The notes under the pieces: model-generated
Databases searched by the model: none
What the model was told of the DNA's origin: nothing
The model's input: the letters and a program-made list of their open reading frames with translations, nothing else
Position numbers and translations under genes: made by a program
Origin: Promethearchaeia archaeon
Lineage (GTDB): Archaea > Asgardarchaeota > Lokiarchaeia > Sigyniarchaeales > SOKP01
Direction of reading: 5' to 3'
Assembly (NCBI GenBank): GCA_046497275.1
Contig: JAWOFX010000078.1
Coordinates: 3,024 to 67,023, forward strand
DNA length: 64,000 nucleotides
In this document: positions 31,895-41,066 of the stretch, in pieces
Layout: the number at the start of each line of letters is the position of its first letter
Position numbering within the stretch: the first letter of the stretch is position 1

Positions 31895-32445
31895 AATTCT
31901 AATTCTAAATGAATATCATCTGGTTCCAATTGATATAATTCAGGGTTAATTTCTGAAGCCAATTTACAATTCAAAGATAAATAAAATCCAATAGTATGTT
32001 CGGAAGGAGTAGCTGATATATATAACTTTTTTGCTCCTAATTCTTTTGCCTTTAATTTTGCTTTTTCCATCAGTTTTTGACCCAAACCTTTATCTCTGTA
32101 TTTCTGATCAACATGCAGAAAAACCACTTGTAATTGATCTTCGTTTTTACCTATGAATTTCGATTCTAAAGCAACAACACCTATTAAATTCGAATTTTTG
32201 AATGCTCCATAGAAATAACCATTACGTTCATATAAACTGTATAGATTATTAATAATCAAATCTATTTGCTTGGGATTCCAGCCTTTAATATCGTAAACTT
32301 CCTCTTTTAAGACTAATTTACCATTTTCAAAATAGTATATACGATTAATTATTTCACTGCGATCGATTTTTCTAATATCGTCTATTTCGTGTTTTTCCAT
32401 TTTTCTAATTATAATATCCTTCATTATTTCAAAGACTTTAATCAA
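31891..32445 (-). CDS. GNAT-family N-acetyltransferase
   Basis: Acetyl-CoA motif VDQKYRDKGLGQKLMEKA (Q/RxxGxG/A), with beta4-alpha3 context. Confidence 0.85.
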   Translation of the reverse strand: MIKVFEIMKDIIIRKMEKHEIDDIRKIDRSEIINRIYYFENGKLVLKEEVYDIKGWNPKQIDLIINNLYSLYERNGYFYGAFKNSNLIGVVALESKFIGKNEDQLQVVFLHVDQKYRDKGLGQKLMEKAKLKAKELGAKKLYISATPSEHTIGFYLSLNCKLASEINPELYQLEPDDIHLELEL

Positions 32446-32529
32446 TCAAAATAATAATAAGAAAAATATCATATATTTATTTAAAATCTTACTTTATCGA
32501 ATTTTATTTTATGGGGAATAGAAGATAAA

Positions 32530-32943
32530 TTGGAAAAAAAGAAATTAGTTGCGCGATGTGGGTTATGGTGTGGTGCATGTAGAGCATATTTACTTAAGAA
32601 AAAAGATATGTTAGAAGAAAAAGGTTATAAGCGAGGTTGTAATGGATGTTGGATTCAAGATAAAAATTGTGCGTTTTTGAGGAAAAAATGTGAAAAATTA
32701 GGAAATAATATTGATTTTTGTTTTGAATGTGAGGAACTGCCATGTGCTGCTTTAAAAACATTGAATGATACATACATGACTAGGTACAATGTAAACCTTG
32801 TTGAGAATCTCAAAAGAATGAAACAAATTGGAATTGATGAATGGATTAAAGAACAAGAGAATTTGTATATATGTCCAGAATGTGGAGGTGATCTCTGCCT
32901 ACATGATAAAGAATGCTTTGATTGCGGATATAAATTTAATTGA
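32530..32943 (+). CDS. DUF3795-like cysteine-rich protein
   Basis: N-terminal CGLWCGACRAY, central CFECEELPC, C-terminal CPECGG...C..C. Confidence 0.65.
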   Translation: MEKKKLVARCGLWCGACRAYLLKKKDMLEEKGYKRGCNGCWIQDKNCAFLRKKCEKLGNNIDFCFECEELPCAALKTLNDTYMTRYNVNLVENLKRMKQIGIDEWIKEQENLYICPECGGDLCLHDKECFDCGYKFN

Positions 32944-32963
32944 ATTATTTAATTGATTAGAGA

Positions 32964-33446
32964 GTGATTAGAATAGAAAGCGATACTATAGAATTATTAT
33001 CGTATTGTGGGTTATATTGTGGAGCATGTCCTTCTTATTATAAAGGAACATGTTTGGGTTGTAGAAATGAAGATCCTACCCAGAAAAGGAAATCGAAATG
33101 GAATTGTAAAATTCGTGTCTGCTGTTTAAATGAAAAAGATGTCCGCTATTGCGGAGCGTGTTCTGAATTTCCCTGTTTGAAAATTTCTAAGAAGCTGATT
33201 AAGTCTCATCCAAAAGATCCTAAATTTTTTTATAGACATGAGATACCTGAAAATATGAGGGAAATAAAGGAGATTAGTATTCCTAAATGGCTTGAGAAGC
33301 AAGAAGAGAAATGGAAATGTAATGAATGTGGCGGAATGATCACATTCTACGATTATAAATGTATGAAATGTAATAAAAAATCTGAAGCAAAATTTTTGAA
33401 TAAAGAAGGTGATAATAATAAAGATAAAAGATGGGGAACCTCTTGA
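32964..33446 (+). CDS. DUF3795-like cysteine-rich protein (tandem paralog)
   Basis: CGLYCGACPSY, CGACSEFPC, CNECGG..C..C. Collinear with 32530..32943. Confidence 0.65.
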   Translation: MIRIESDTIELLSYCGLYCGACPSYYKGTCLGCRNEDPTQKRKSKWNCKIRVCCLNEKDVRYCGACSEFPCLKISKKLIKSHPKDPKFFYRHEIPENMREIKEISIPKWLEKQEEKWKCNECGGMITFYDYKCMKCNKKSEAKFLNKEGDNNKDKRWGTS

Positions 33447-34086
33447 TTTAGATGAAATTCGAAAGAAATTTATTAAATATACCCGAAAAGGATTTCAATT
33501 AATACCTAAAATTGAGAACCCAAAAATTTTAGATGTTGGATGTGGAACTGGTGTTCCAACTATAGAATTGGCAAAGATAAGTGGAGGAGAAATAATTGCG
33601 ATGGATATAAACGCTAAAGAGTTGAAAATTTTAGATAAGAAAATTATTAAACAAAAATTGAATAATCAGATAAAAACAATTAATAGATCATTATTCAATA
33701 ATAATTTTAAAGATCAATCATTTGATATTATTTGGGCAGAAGGGGTTTTTCATATAATAGGATTTAAAGAGGGATTTGAAGCTTGTCATAGAATACTTAA
33801 AGATAAAGGATTTCTAGTTTTAAACTCAGAGATTAAAAAGATAAAGGACCATTTAAAAAATTTAGACTCCTTGGATTATAAACTATATGATTGCTATAAA
33901 TTACCCGATGAAATATGGTGGGATGAATTTTATGAACCTTTAGAGAGACATATCAGAAATATAGTAAACAGGAATCCAAATCTTAAAAGTAATAAACAGA
34001 TACGAAGATTTCAAGATGAAATTGCTATGGTGAAATCAAATCCCAAAGATTTCGATACAGCTTTTTATATTTTACAAAAAGTTTGA
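33409..34086 (+). CDS. class I SAM-dependent methyltransferase
   Basis: Motif I ILDVGCGTGVPT, post-I AMDIN, motif II FDIIWAEG. The GTG start overlaps the preceding gene. Confidence 0.8.
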   Translation: MIIIKIKDGEPLDLDEIRKKFIKYTRKGFQLIPKIENPKILDVGCGTGVPTIELAKISGGEIIAMDINAKELKILDKKIIKQKLNNQIKTINRSLFNNNFKDQSFDIIWAEGVFHIIGFKEGFEACHRILKDKGFLVLNSEIKKIKDHLKNLDSLDYKLYDCYKLPDEIWWDEFYEPLERHIRNIVNRNPNLKSNKQIRRFQDEIAMVKSNPKDFDTAFYILQKV

Positions 34087-34143
34087 AAAGAATGTGGTAA
34101 AAAATGAATTTTTTATAATAATAAGAAAAAATTCATTATCTTA

Positions 34144-35118
34144 TTAACCATAAAATCTCTTGAATATTAAGCAAAGATGATAATGAAGCCACCAATGAAG
34201 ATTTGGAAATGATTTAGCTTTGAGAATATAAAAATCCCAAGAACCATCTTTTTTCTGAGTTTGGAGAAAATAATGCAATGCTTGATCTATATTTGGGTTA
34301 TCATAGGAAAAATCCATAATCGATAATGAATCTAATGCTGAAATTAGATCGGTCCACCAAAAAGGATAAGAATATTTGGTCCAATATTCCCTAGCACTTC
34401 TTGCAGAGTATAGGTCTTTTGTAAAGAAGCGAATAGCCAAAAGTTTTCCCGCTTTTTTTGCAGAAGGATGGTTTTTATAATTTGGATGTTGAGAAAATGC
34501 TCGCAGAACGATACCAGTGACCCAATGGCAAAATGGAAGATTTTTATCGGGCACAATAGGATCCTCATCATATAATTCAATAGGTTTTTTAGATATTTGA
34601 GGCATTTCCATAGGTAAGATCCATCCCCCCTCTTCTTGTTCAATGTAAATTAGCCATTTGAATGATTTTATCACTCTTTCATCATCATAATACCCGAGCC
34701 TACATAATAATTCTAAGATAGCAGAATTATAGTTCGGAGAATATTGATTACCATAAATTCCTCGAAAATCTCCCTCCTTAGTTTGAGTTTTAAATAAGAA
34801 ATCAGCAGCCTTTCTCATAGGAGTGAAATAATTATTCATATCGAAGAAAGTAATTAGTTGTGCGACGTGACGATAAGTCTCTAACAATTCATAATTTGTA
34901 TTAATTCCTTTATGTTGTTTTTTCCTTTTATCGGGCCAGGAACCATCATCTTGTTGATAACGAAGAATTTTTTGAGCTCGATCAGTTTCCCATAAAGATT
35001 TGGGTGGTCTGCTACTTTTTTCAAGAAGATATTTTTCTACATGATATTGAACAAGCTCATCTTTAATGCGCAATAATGACGTGAGAGGGTTATATTTAAA
35101 TTGTATTATCCATTTCAT
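34144..35118 (-). CDS. prenyltransferase/terpene-cyclase-like alpha-alpha toroid repeat protein
   Basis: Four spaced Q..(D/E)G.W-type repeats: YQQDDGSWPD, TQTKEGDFRG, EQEEGGWILP, TQKKDGSWDF. Confidence 0.65.
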   Translation of the reverse strand: MKWIIQFKYNPLTSLLRIKDELVQYHVEKYLLEKSSRPPKSLWETDRAQKILRYQQDDGSWPDKRKKQHKGINTNYELLETYRHVAQLITFFDMNNYFTPMRKAADFLFKTQTKEGDFRGIYGNQYSPNYNSAILELLCRLGYYDDERVIKSFKWLIYIEQEEGGWILPMEMPQISKKPIELYDEDPIVPDKNLPFCHWVTGIVLRAFSQHPNYKNHPSAKKAGKLLAIRFFTKDLYSARSAREYWTKYSYPFWWTDLISALDSLSIMDFSYDNPNIDQALHYFLQTQKKDGSWDFYILKAKSFPNLHWWLHYHLCLIFKRFYG

Positions 35119-35237
35119 TTGGTTGCCCTACAATCTATAAGAAGAATTAATTATTATATTACTCTAAAGAAATATGAATTAAGAAATTTAATCATCATAT
35201 TAATTGAAACAAATTAAAACACATCAAAAAATTACAT

Positions 35238-36380
35238 ATGTCGCATACGAGTAAATTAAACTATGCTTTGGTGGGATACGGATTAAATGCTATGGGTCAT
35301 AAGATGGAACTTGAGTCTCATCCACTATTAAAGGGTAGGACAAAATTAATTGCTGGATTTGATCCAGATCCAGAGGCGAGGAAAAATTTAAACAATGAGG
35401 AGGGGATTAAGGTGGCCGAATCATATGAAGATCTTCTAGATACTTCTGGACTTCATGCCGTGTTAATTTGCAGTCCTCCCCAATATCATGCCACACAAGC
35501 TATTGCTGCTTTAGAAGCGGGATATCACGTCTATTCAGAGATACCTATGAGCATTAAAATAAAAGATATTGAAAAAATAATTGAGGCTGAAGAAAGCTCA
35601 AAAAAAGTATATCAACTAGGAGAGAATTATTGTTTTTATCCCGAAGTTCTTTATGCGGGTTATCTTGCTTCTTCTGGAAAGATTGGACCATCTGTGTATG
35701 CCGAATCAGAATATTTACATGATATTACATATAGATGGCGAGAAAGTTGCCGAGGGGGAATAGAAACCCCAAGAGTAGATTCATGGTATCAATTATTTGA
35801 TCCTTTAATGTATGCCCATTCAATTGGTCCTGCTCAAGCAGCATTAGGAGGGATCGATAGTCCTATGCCATTTATTGAGGTTGTAAGTTATGCGAATGAT
35901 ATTGGAGGATATGAAGGCTCTCCCATATGCAGTCCAGCAAAATCTTTTCATGTAGGCTTATTCAGAACTGAATCAAATGCTATCGCAAAGTGTGCCAATG
36001 CGTATGTTTTTGCTCGTGAACCGACGAGAATTACAATTCAGGTAGTTGGAAGATTGGGAACATATGAATGCTATGAAATTGGGAGCCCTGGTAGACTCTT
36101 TCTGGCAGAGGATCATGAAATAACTAGATCTCGTCATAGAAAAGGCAAGTCAAGAACCGTAGACAAAGAAGCGCTTTCTGAAGTGATTGAACCAGTAGAA
36201 GGATTATATTATGGTGGTCAAGCCCGGATTGTTGACAATTGGCTGACATCCATCGAGAAGAATAAAGAATCACTGCTTCATGCGAAATTTGGAGCTAATT
36301 TCTGTCATTCTGGAATAGCAGCGTCAAAATCAGCTCAATCGGGGGGAAAAAAAGAAAAAATCAAGATATACACACAATAA
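35238..36380 (+). CDS. Gfo/Idh/MocA-family NAD(P)-dependent oxidoreductase
   Basis: N-terminal Rossmann segment (YALVGYGLNAMG), LICSPPQYHA, YSEIPM (EKP-like motif). Confidence 0.75.
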   Translation: MSHTSKLNYALVGYGLNAMGHKMELESHPLLKGRTKLIAGFDPDPEARKNLNNEEGIKVAESYEDLLDTSGLHAVLICSPPQYHATQAIAALEAGYHVYSEIPMSIKIKDIEKIIEAEESSKKVYQLGENYCFYPEVLYAGYLASSGKIGPSVYAESEYLHDITYRWRESCRGGIETPRVDSWYQLFDPLMYAHSIGPAQAALGGIDSPMPFIEVVSYANDIGGYEGSPICSPAKSFHVGLFRTESNAIAKCANAYVFAREPTRITIQVVGRLGTYECYEIGSPGRLFLAEDHEITRSRHRKGKSRTVDKEALSEVIEPVEGLYYGGQARIVDNWLTSIEKNKESLLHAKFGANFCHSGIAASKSAQSGGKKEKIKIYTQ

Positions 36381-36427
36381 ATTATTAAACTTATTTTCTC
36401 ATAAATCAAAAATTTGTTTAGAAAAAT

Positions 36428-37429
36428 TTAATTTTTTTTATGTTTATTTAGGATATTATCAGGTAAGTGGATTGCAAATTTACATTCTAATGCCCCACTA
36501 AGTGCAGTTTTTACTGGTTCTACGTTTATCGGTTGTTCTAAAATTTGATCCCAATAAAGTTTATACCAACCTGCACTGCAATGACAAAAATCTTCAGTAA
36601 TTTCCTTTTCAGTGCCCTCTTTTAATGCGCCTCTTATCCAAGGACAATAGCATAGGAAATATTTTTTCATTCGTTCATCTTTGGCATTGAGAAATTCCCT
36701 CATTTGGTAAGGTAATTTTGAGACATATATGATATTTCCCTCTCTAATACCTTCAGCAATCATCTGATTGTTTTTTACTATTTCTATAATTTCCTCATCA
36801 ATTTTTTGAGCGAATTCTAAAGTTCCCTCATCTCTATGTTTCTCGAGTCGTTCGATTAAAATTTTATGTTTGTGTTCCAAAAAGCCATCAATCCCCAATT
36901 CTTTAAGAAGCTCTTTATCCCCCTCAATATCATCTGGAGGGCGCCCATGTAAACATGGCGATAGAAGGTCAATGATTTTTTCATCATCAAGTTTGTCTTT
37001 AAGTCTTTTTAAAATCTCTTTAGTAAATTTTGGTTTCTTTTCAGGATGAGTTCCCAGTGGAGGGATGGTCAAACCATTAAAAATTTCATCTCTTAGAGTC
37101 TCTCCGTGGAAATCTGCTACCCTCAGAAACAAATTATCCATCGCATTATAAGATTCACTAATATCTATTACTTTAGTAATAAATTCATATTTTTTCGAAA
37201 AATTTCCATAGTGAATTATTGCCCTAAGGAAATTTAAAACAGATTCTCTCTCTGATAAGAGAAGGTATTCAGAATAGTCATAAATTGTATCTGGTTGAGT
37301 TTTTTCAAGGGTTAGACCTTTCTTAGAGAGAAATTTCTCATAATTTCTTATGGATTTAATAAATTTCTTGATTCTGTCACTCTCAATTTTTTCCTTTATC
37401 AAATACTTTTTAAATTCTTTTTCATCCAT
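36428..37429 (-). CDS. hypothetical protein with C-terminal CxC...CxC module
   Basis: 333 aa. The N terminus is helical. The C terminus carries FLCYCPWIRG...FCHCSAGWY...ECKF, a probable metal site. Confidence 0.5.
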   Translation of the reverse strand: MDEKEFKKYLIKEKIESDRIKKFIKSIRNYEKFLSKKGLTLEKTQPDTIYDYSEYLLLSERESVLNFLRAIIHYGNFSKKYEFITKVIDISESYNAMDNLFLRVADFHGETLRDEIFNGLTIPPLGTHPEKKPKFTKEILKRLKDKLDDEKIIDLLSPCLHGRPPDDIEGDKELLKELGIDGFLEHKHKILIERLEKHRDEGTLEFAQKIDEEIIEIVKNNQMIAEGIREGNIIYVSKLPYQMREFLNAKDERMKKYFLCYCPWIRGALKEGTEKEITEDFCHCSAGWYKLYWDQILEQPINVEPVKTALSGALECKFAIHLPDNILNKHKKN

Positions 37430-37490
37430 AATTAATCTAATAATTAGATATTATAGTAAAAATATTATTATTTTAGATATAAGTCAGTTA

Positions 37491-38063
37491 TTACTTCATA
37501 TTTTTAATCTGCGGATATCTAAAGCAATAGGTAAGATGATCATTGACCATACCAACTGCTTGCATATAAGCATAAATTATAGTTGGTCCAATAAATTTAA
37601 AGCCTCTTTTCTTCATTTCTTTACTTATTTTTTCCGATAAGAGTGTTTTGCTTGGAATTTCATCTAATGATTTCCAATCGTTTTGGAGCGGTGAATAGTT
37701 CACATATTTCCAAATATAATTATTGAAACTACCAAATTCTTTACGAATCTTGATGAAATTTTTAGCATTATTAATTACCGATCTAATTTTGAGCTCATTT
37801 CTGATGATTCCCTTATTAGTTAATAATTCCTGTACTTTTTTCTCATCATAAGATGCTATCTTTTCAAAGTTAAAATTATCAAATGCTTTCCGATAATTCT
37901 CTCTTTTCTTTAAAATAGTAATCCAACTTAAGCCCGCTTGAGCTCCTTGTAGAATAAGTTGTTCAAATAAATTAACATCGTCATGAATTGGAACTCCCCA
38001 CTCTTCGTCATGATAAATCTTCATAAGTTCATTATTATTTGCCCATTTGCATCTATCTACCAT
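37491..38063 (-). CDS. tag: DNA-3-methyladenine glycosylase I
   Basis: CKWA...YHDEEWGVP...FEQLILQGAQAGLSWITILKKRENYRKAF matches Tag along its length. Confidence 0.9.
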   Translation of the reverse strand: MVDRCKWANNNELMKIYHDEEWGVPIHDDVNLFEQLILQGAQAGLSWITILKKRENYRKAFDNFNFEKIASYDEKKVQELLTNKGIIRNELKIRSVINNAKNFIKIRKEFGSFNNYIWKYVNYSPLQNDWKSLDEIPSKTLLSEKISKEMKKRGFKFIGPTIIYAYMQAVGMVNDHLTYCFRYPQIKNMK

Positions 38064-38208
38064 ATTTATCGTAATATAAAAATAATCTATGATTCTTATT
38101 TATTATTGATTAATTTTTGAAGTTAAATTATCTCAAAATACTTTTAAATTTAAACTTAAATATTCTCACTTATATACTTCTAATAGTTAAAATCAATTTA
38201 TTTGGATA

Positions 38209-38919
38209 TTGAAAATGGCATTAGACCCGATTGTAATAATTAATGGTGTTTCTAGTTTAATTTTTGTGATAATTTGTATCTTAGTTGGTATTTTTATCAT
38301 AGGCAACTATTTTCAACATAAAAATAAAAATTTGATATATGTTGGATTAGCTTGGATAGGATTGTCTGAACCTTGGTGGTCTTCCTCGTTCTCTTTTGTA
38401 GTCGCTCTTTTTAATGATTCAGGTCTTAGTAATGAGATTTATCTTTTTATTGGAAATGCATTTCTCCCCATTTTCGTATTATTTTGGTTAATAGCAATGG
38501 GGAATCTATTAGATTGGAAATGGAAAAAATATATTTCATTAATATATTCTATTGGTGCTATTATATTTGAAATGATCTTCATATACTTTCTTTTCACCGA
38601 TTATACTATCATTGGTAAAAAGGTTGGTCCCGTTGACATAGATTTTGAATTGATTACTATATTGTTTCTTTTTGTAAATCTATTATTATTTTTTGGTTCA
38701 GGAATATGGTTTGCTGTAAATTCTTTAAAGTCTGATCAGGAACGATTAAAATTAAAAGGTAAATTTCTCTTAAGTGCATTTATTATTTTCTTAGTTGGAA
38801 CCGCCTGGGACATTATCGCAACCAATATCTTTACACGATTACTACTGGTTATTAGTGCTGTTATTTTCTATATAGGATATATTTTACCTCCTAAAATAGA
38901 AAATTTCTTTATAAAATAA
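38209..38919 (+). CDS. integral membrane protein
   Basis: 236 aa with about 7 hydrophobic helices. Confidence 0.55.
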   Translation: MKMALDPIVIINGVSSLIFVIICILVGIFIIGNYFQHKNKNLIYVGLAWIGLSEPWWSSSFSFVVALFNDSGLSNEIYLFIGNAFLPIFVLFWLIAMGNLLDWKWKKYISLIYSIGAIIFEMIFIYFLFTDYTIIGKKVGPVDIDFELITILFLFVNLLLFFGSGIWFAVNSLKSDQERLKLKGKFLLSAFIIFLVGTAWDIIATNIFTRLLLVISAVIFYIGYILPPKIENFFIK

Positions 38920-39187
38920 CAAATGAACTCAACTTTCTTTTTTTTTATTAAATTAGAATGGTATAAATGAAGTAGACAGATTGATTTAAAAAATAAGACT
39001 ATTTTCCTTTTAGCTGACTTGCTTAAAATGTGAAAATAAAATTTAAATAATATAGACTAAATTTAAAAATAATATTATATATTTCAAAAAAAAGATATTA
39101 TCTCTATTAGGTAAAAATTAAGAACAGTGATCTTCTTTAATGGTACTTGAAAGTTCTTAATTTTAAAAATCAGCCAAAGTAAGAATT

Positions 39188-39997
39188 ATGAAAACTGTTG
39201 TTGTATTATGTTTACCTCGTACGGGGTCTAGTCTTTTAGCTGGTATTCTGCATCGACTGGGTATCAGAATGGGTTCAAGTATGGATTTAGTGCGAGGAAA
39301 ACATGCAAACAAATATGGAGCTTATGAGAATCAAGATTTTTTCAGAACTAATATTAGAATTCTCGCATTGGCAGGAAGTCCAACTTTAGCATGGGCAGAC
39401 ATCCCTGATGCAAAAAAAGTGAAAACTACATTCCAAAAATTTGAACTCAAGATTCAGCAAATAATTCATAAGCATGAACGCGAGCTATGGGGGTGGAAAG
39501 ATCCCAACGTTATCTATACTCTTCCTTATTTTGAAAAGTATTTGGAAAATCCTCATTATATTGTTTTAAAACGTGATATTGAAAGTATAGTAAAATCTCA
39601 CTTAAAATTATCAAAATTTGGGAACTGGAACAATGTCATTTCATATTATATGAATTATATGAATATAAAAACAGTTTTCTACTTTTTTTGGTATATTTTT
39701 AAGTATTTTATTTCTAATATTAACGTATTTAATAATGAACAGATTTATCGAGAAGTTACGACAAAAGGATATGAGAAAATTGAAGAATTTGTAAAAGATA
39801 AAAAGCATATGGAAATATATTTTAATGATTTAATCAACAATCCTACCCAAAGGATTAATCAGATTGTTGAGTTTCTCGATATTGAACCCACAAATCAGCA
39901 ATATAAGAATGCGAAAGTTTTTATTGACAAAGATGAGGTTCATTTCCGTAAAAAACCGAAAAAAAGATTCACTCGGAAAAAAAAATGTATTGGTTGA
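39188..39997 (+). CDS. sulfotransferase-family protein
   Basis: N-terminal 5'-PSB-like loop CLPRTGSSLLAGIL, and later a block like the 3'-PB region (IVLKRDIESIVKSH). Confidence 0.6.
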   Translation: MKTVVVLCLPRTGSSLLAGILHRLGIRMGSSMDLVRGKHANKYGAYENQDFFRTNIRILALAGSPTLAWADIPDAKKVKTTFQKFELKIQQIIHKHERELWGWKDPNVIYTLPYFEKYLENPHYIVLKRDIESIVKSHLKLSKFGNWNNVISYYMNYMNIKTVFYFFWYIFKYFISNINVFNNEQIYREVTTKGYEKIEEFVKDKKHMEIYFNDLINNPTQRINQIVEFLDIEPTNQQYKNAKVFIDKDEVHFRKKPKKRFTRKKKCIG

Positions 39998-40173
39998 GAT
40001 GTCATAAGTTAGGTAAATACAAAATTTTAGATTGATTCAAAATCTGTTAATCTATTTTTAGAGTATTTAGGGCATTTATATTTTAGAAATAAAGATTAGG
40101 ATACCAGTAAACTTTAAATATAATCTTATTAGATTTTATAATCGAATCCAATTAAAAAAGAAAATAGGAAAAC

Positions 40174-40656
40174 ATGACTCAAAATTGGAAAATTGGTTTA
40201 ATTGCTGGAATTTTAGGTATAATGGCATTCTTCATTCCATTATGGATTATGATTATTGTAGCGGAACCCTCCCTAGGTGATATAAGACTATATCCATATA
40301 GCGTATGGTATTGGGGTCTGGAATTATTACTTGGAACTGGAAACATTAGAATTGATCTGACAATCGATATATTTGCGTTGCTAACAGCAATTGTTTGCTT
40401 ATTTTTGGCTATAATTTCTTTAGTTCTGTCTATTCAAGCTAGAAGATCGGGTATAATAAACGCACTGCTATGGTTGATCATTGGTCTGATATTAATTATT
40501 TTTCCTCTTGGTGAATTAATATATGATTTTATTGCGATAGGTGATGAACCCGTATCTCTCGGAGGGGATTATAGTTTTATTCCAATACCTTTCGCTCCAA
40601 TATTTCTCATAATTGCAGGAATAATCGATATGTTCATCGGATATAAAGCAAGATAA
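40174..40656 (+). CDS. integral membrane protein
   Basis: 160 aa with 4-5 hydrophobic helices. Confidence 0.55.
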   Translation: MTQNWKIGLIAGILGIMAFFIPLWIMIIVAEPSLGDIRLYPYSVWYWGLELLLGTGNIRIDLTIDIFALLTAIVCLFLAIISLVLSIQARRSGIINALLWLIIGLILIIFPLGELIYDFIAIGDEPVSLGGDYSFIPIPFAPIFLIIAGIIDMFIGYKAR

Positions 40657-40850
40657 ACCAAATGAATTATTAAGAATATTTTTTAGTTAATATTTAAAAA
40701 TGCGTTAGAAAAGTCCTTTTTAGTTCATTTAATCTTTATGAAGAGGATTTTGATTCGTTTATGTCTAATTAATGAAGCTTTAATTTCATAATTTCTTAAG
40801 AATCAGGTTTAGTAGACTTTAGGTTGATTGTGGTTATTGGGTCACAGTTA

Positions 40851-40868
40851 TGTCACGGAGTGGTGACA
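40851..40868. promoter_or_regulatory. perfect palindrome TGTCAC-N6-GTGACA, candidate wHTH operator upstream of actin
   Basis: TGTCAC (40851-40856), GGAGTG, GTGACA (40863-40868). An extra direct GTCAC half-site lies at 40841-40845. This is a G+C-rich patch in an AT-rich 410-nt spacer, about 200 nt upstream of the actin ATG. Confidence 0.35.
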
Positions 40869-41066
40869 ACATTTAAATATGATTATTTCTAGTTCTTAAT
40901 TAGGAAAAATTTTATTAATCAAATGGAAGGTTTAGAATTGAGAATTTTATTAACTCTATTCCATACTCCGTTTGTATAATAAGAGATTTTAATTAAGTCT
41001 CGAGTAAGAAAGCTTGAGAACAATATTAAATATATAAAATAGAAAAATAATAAGTGAGGAATAAAT

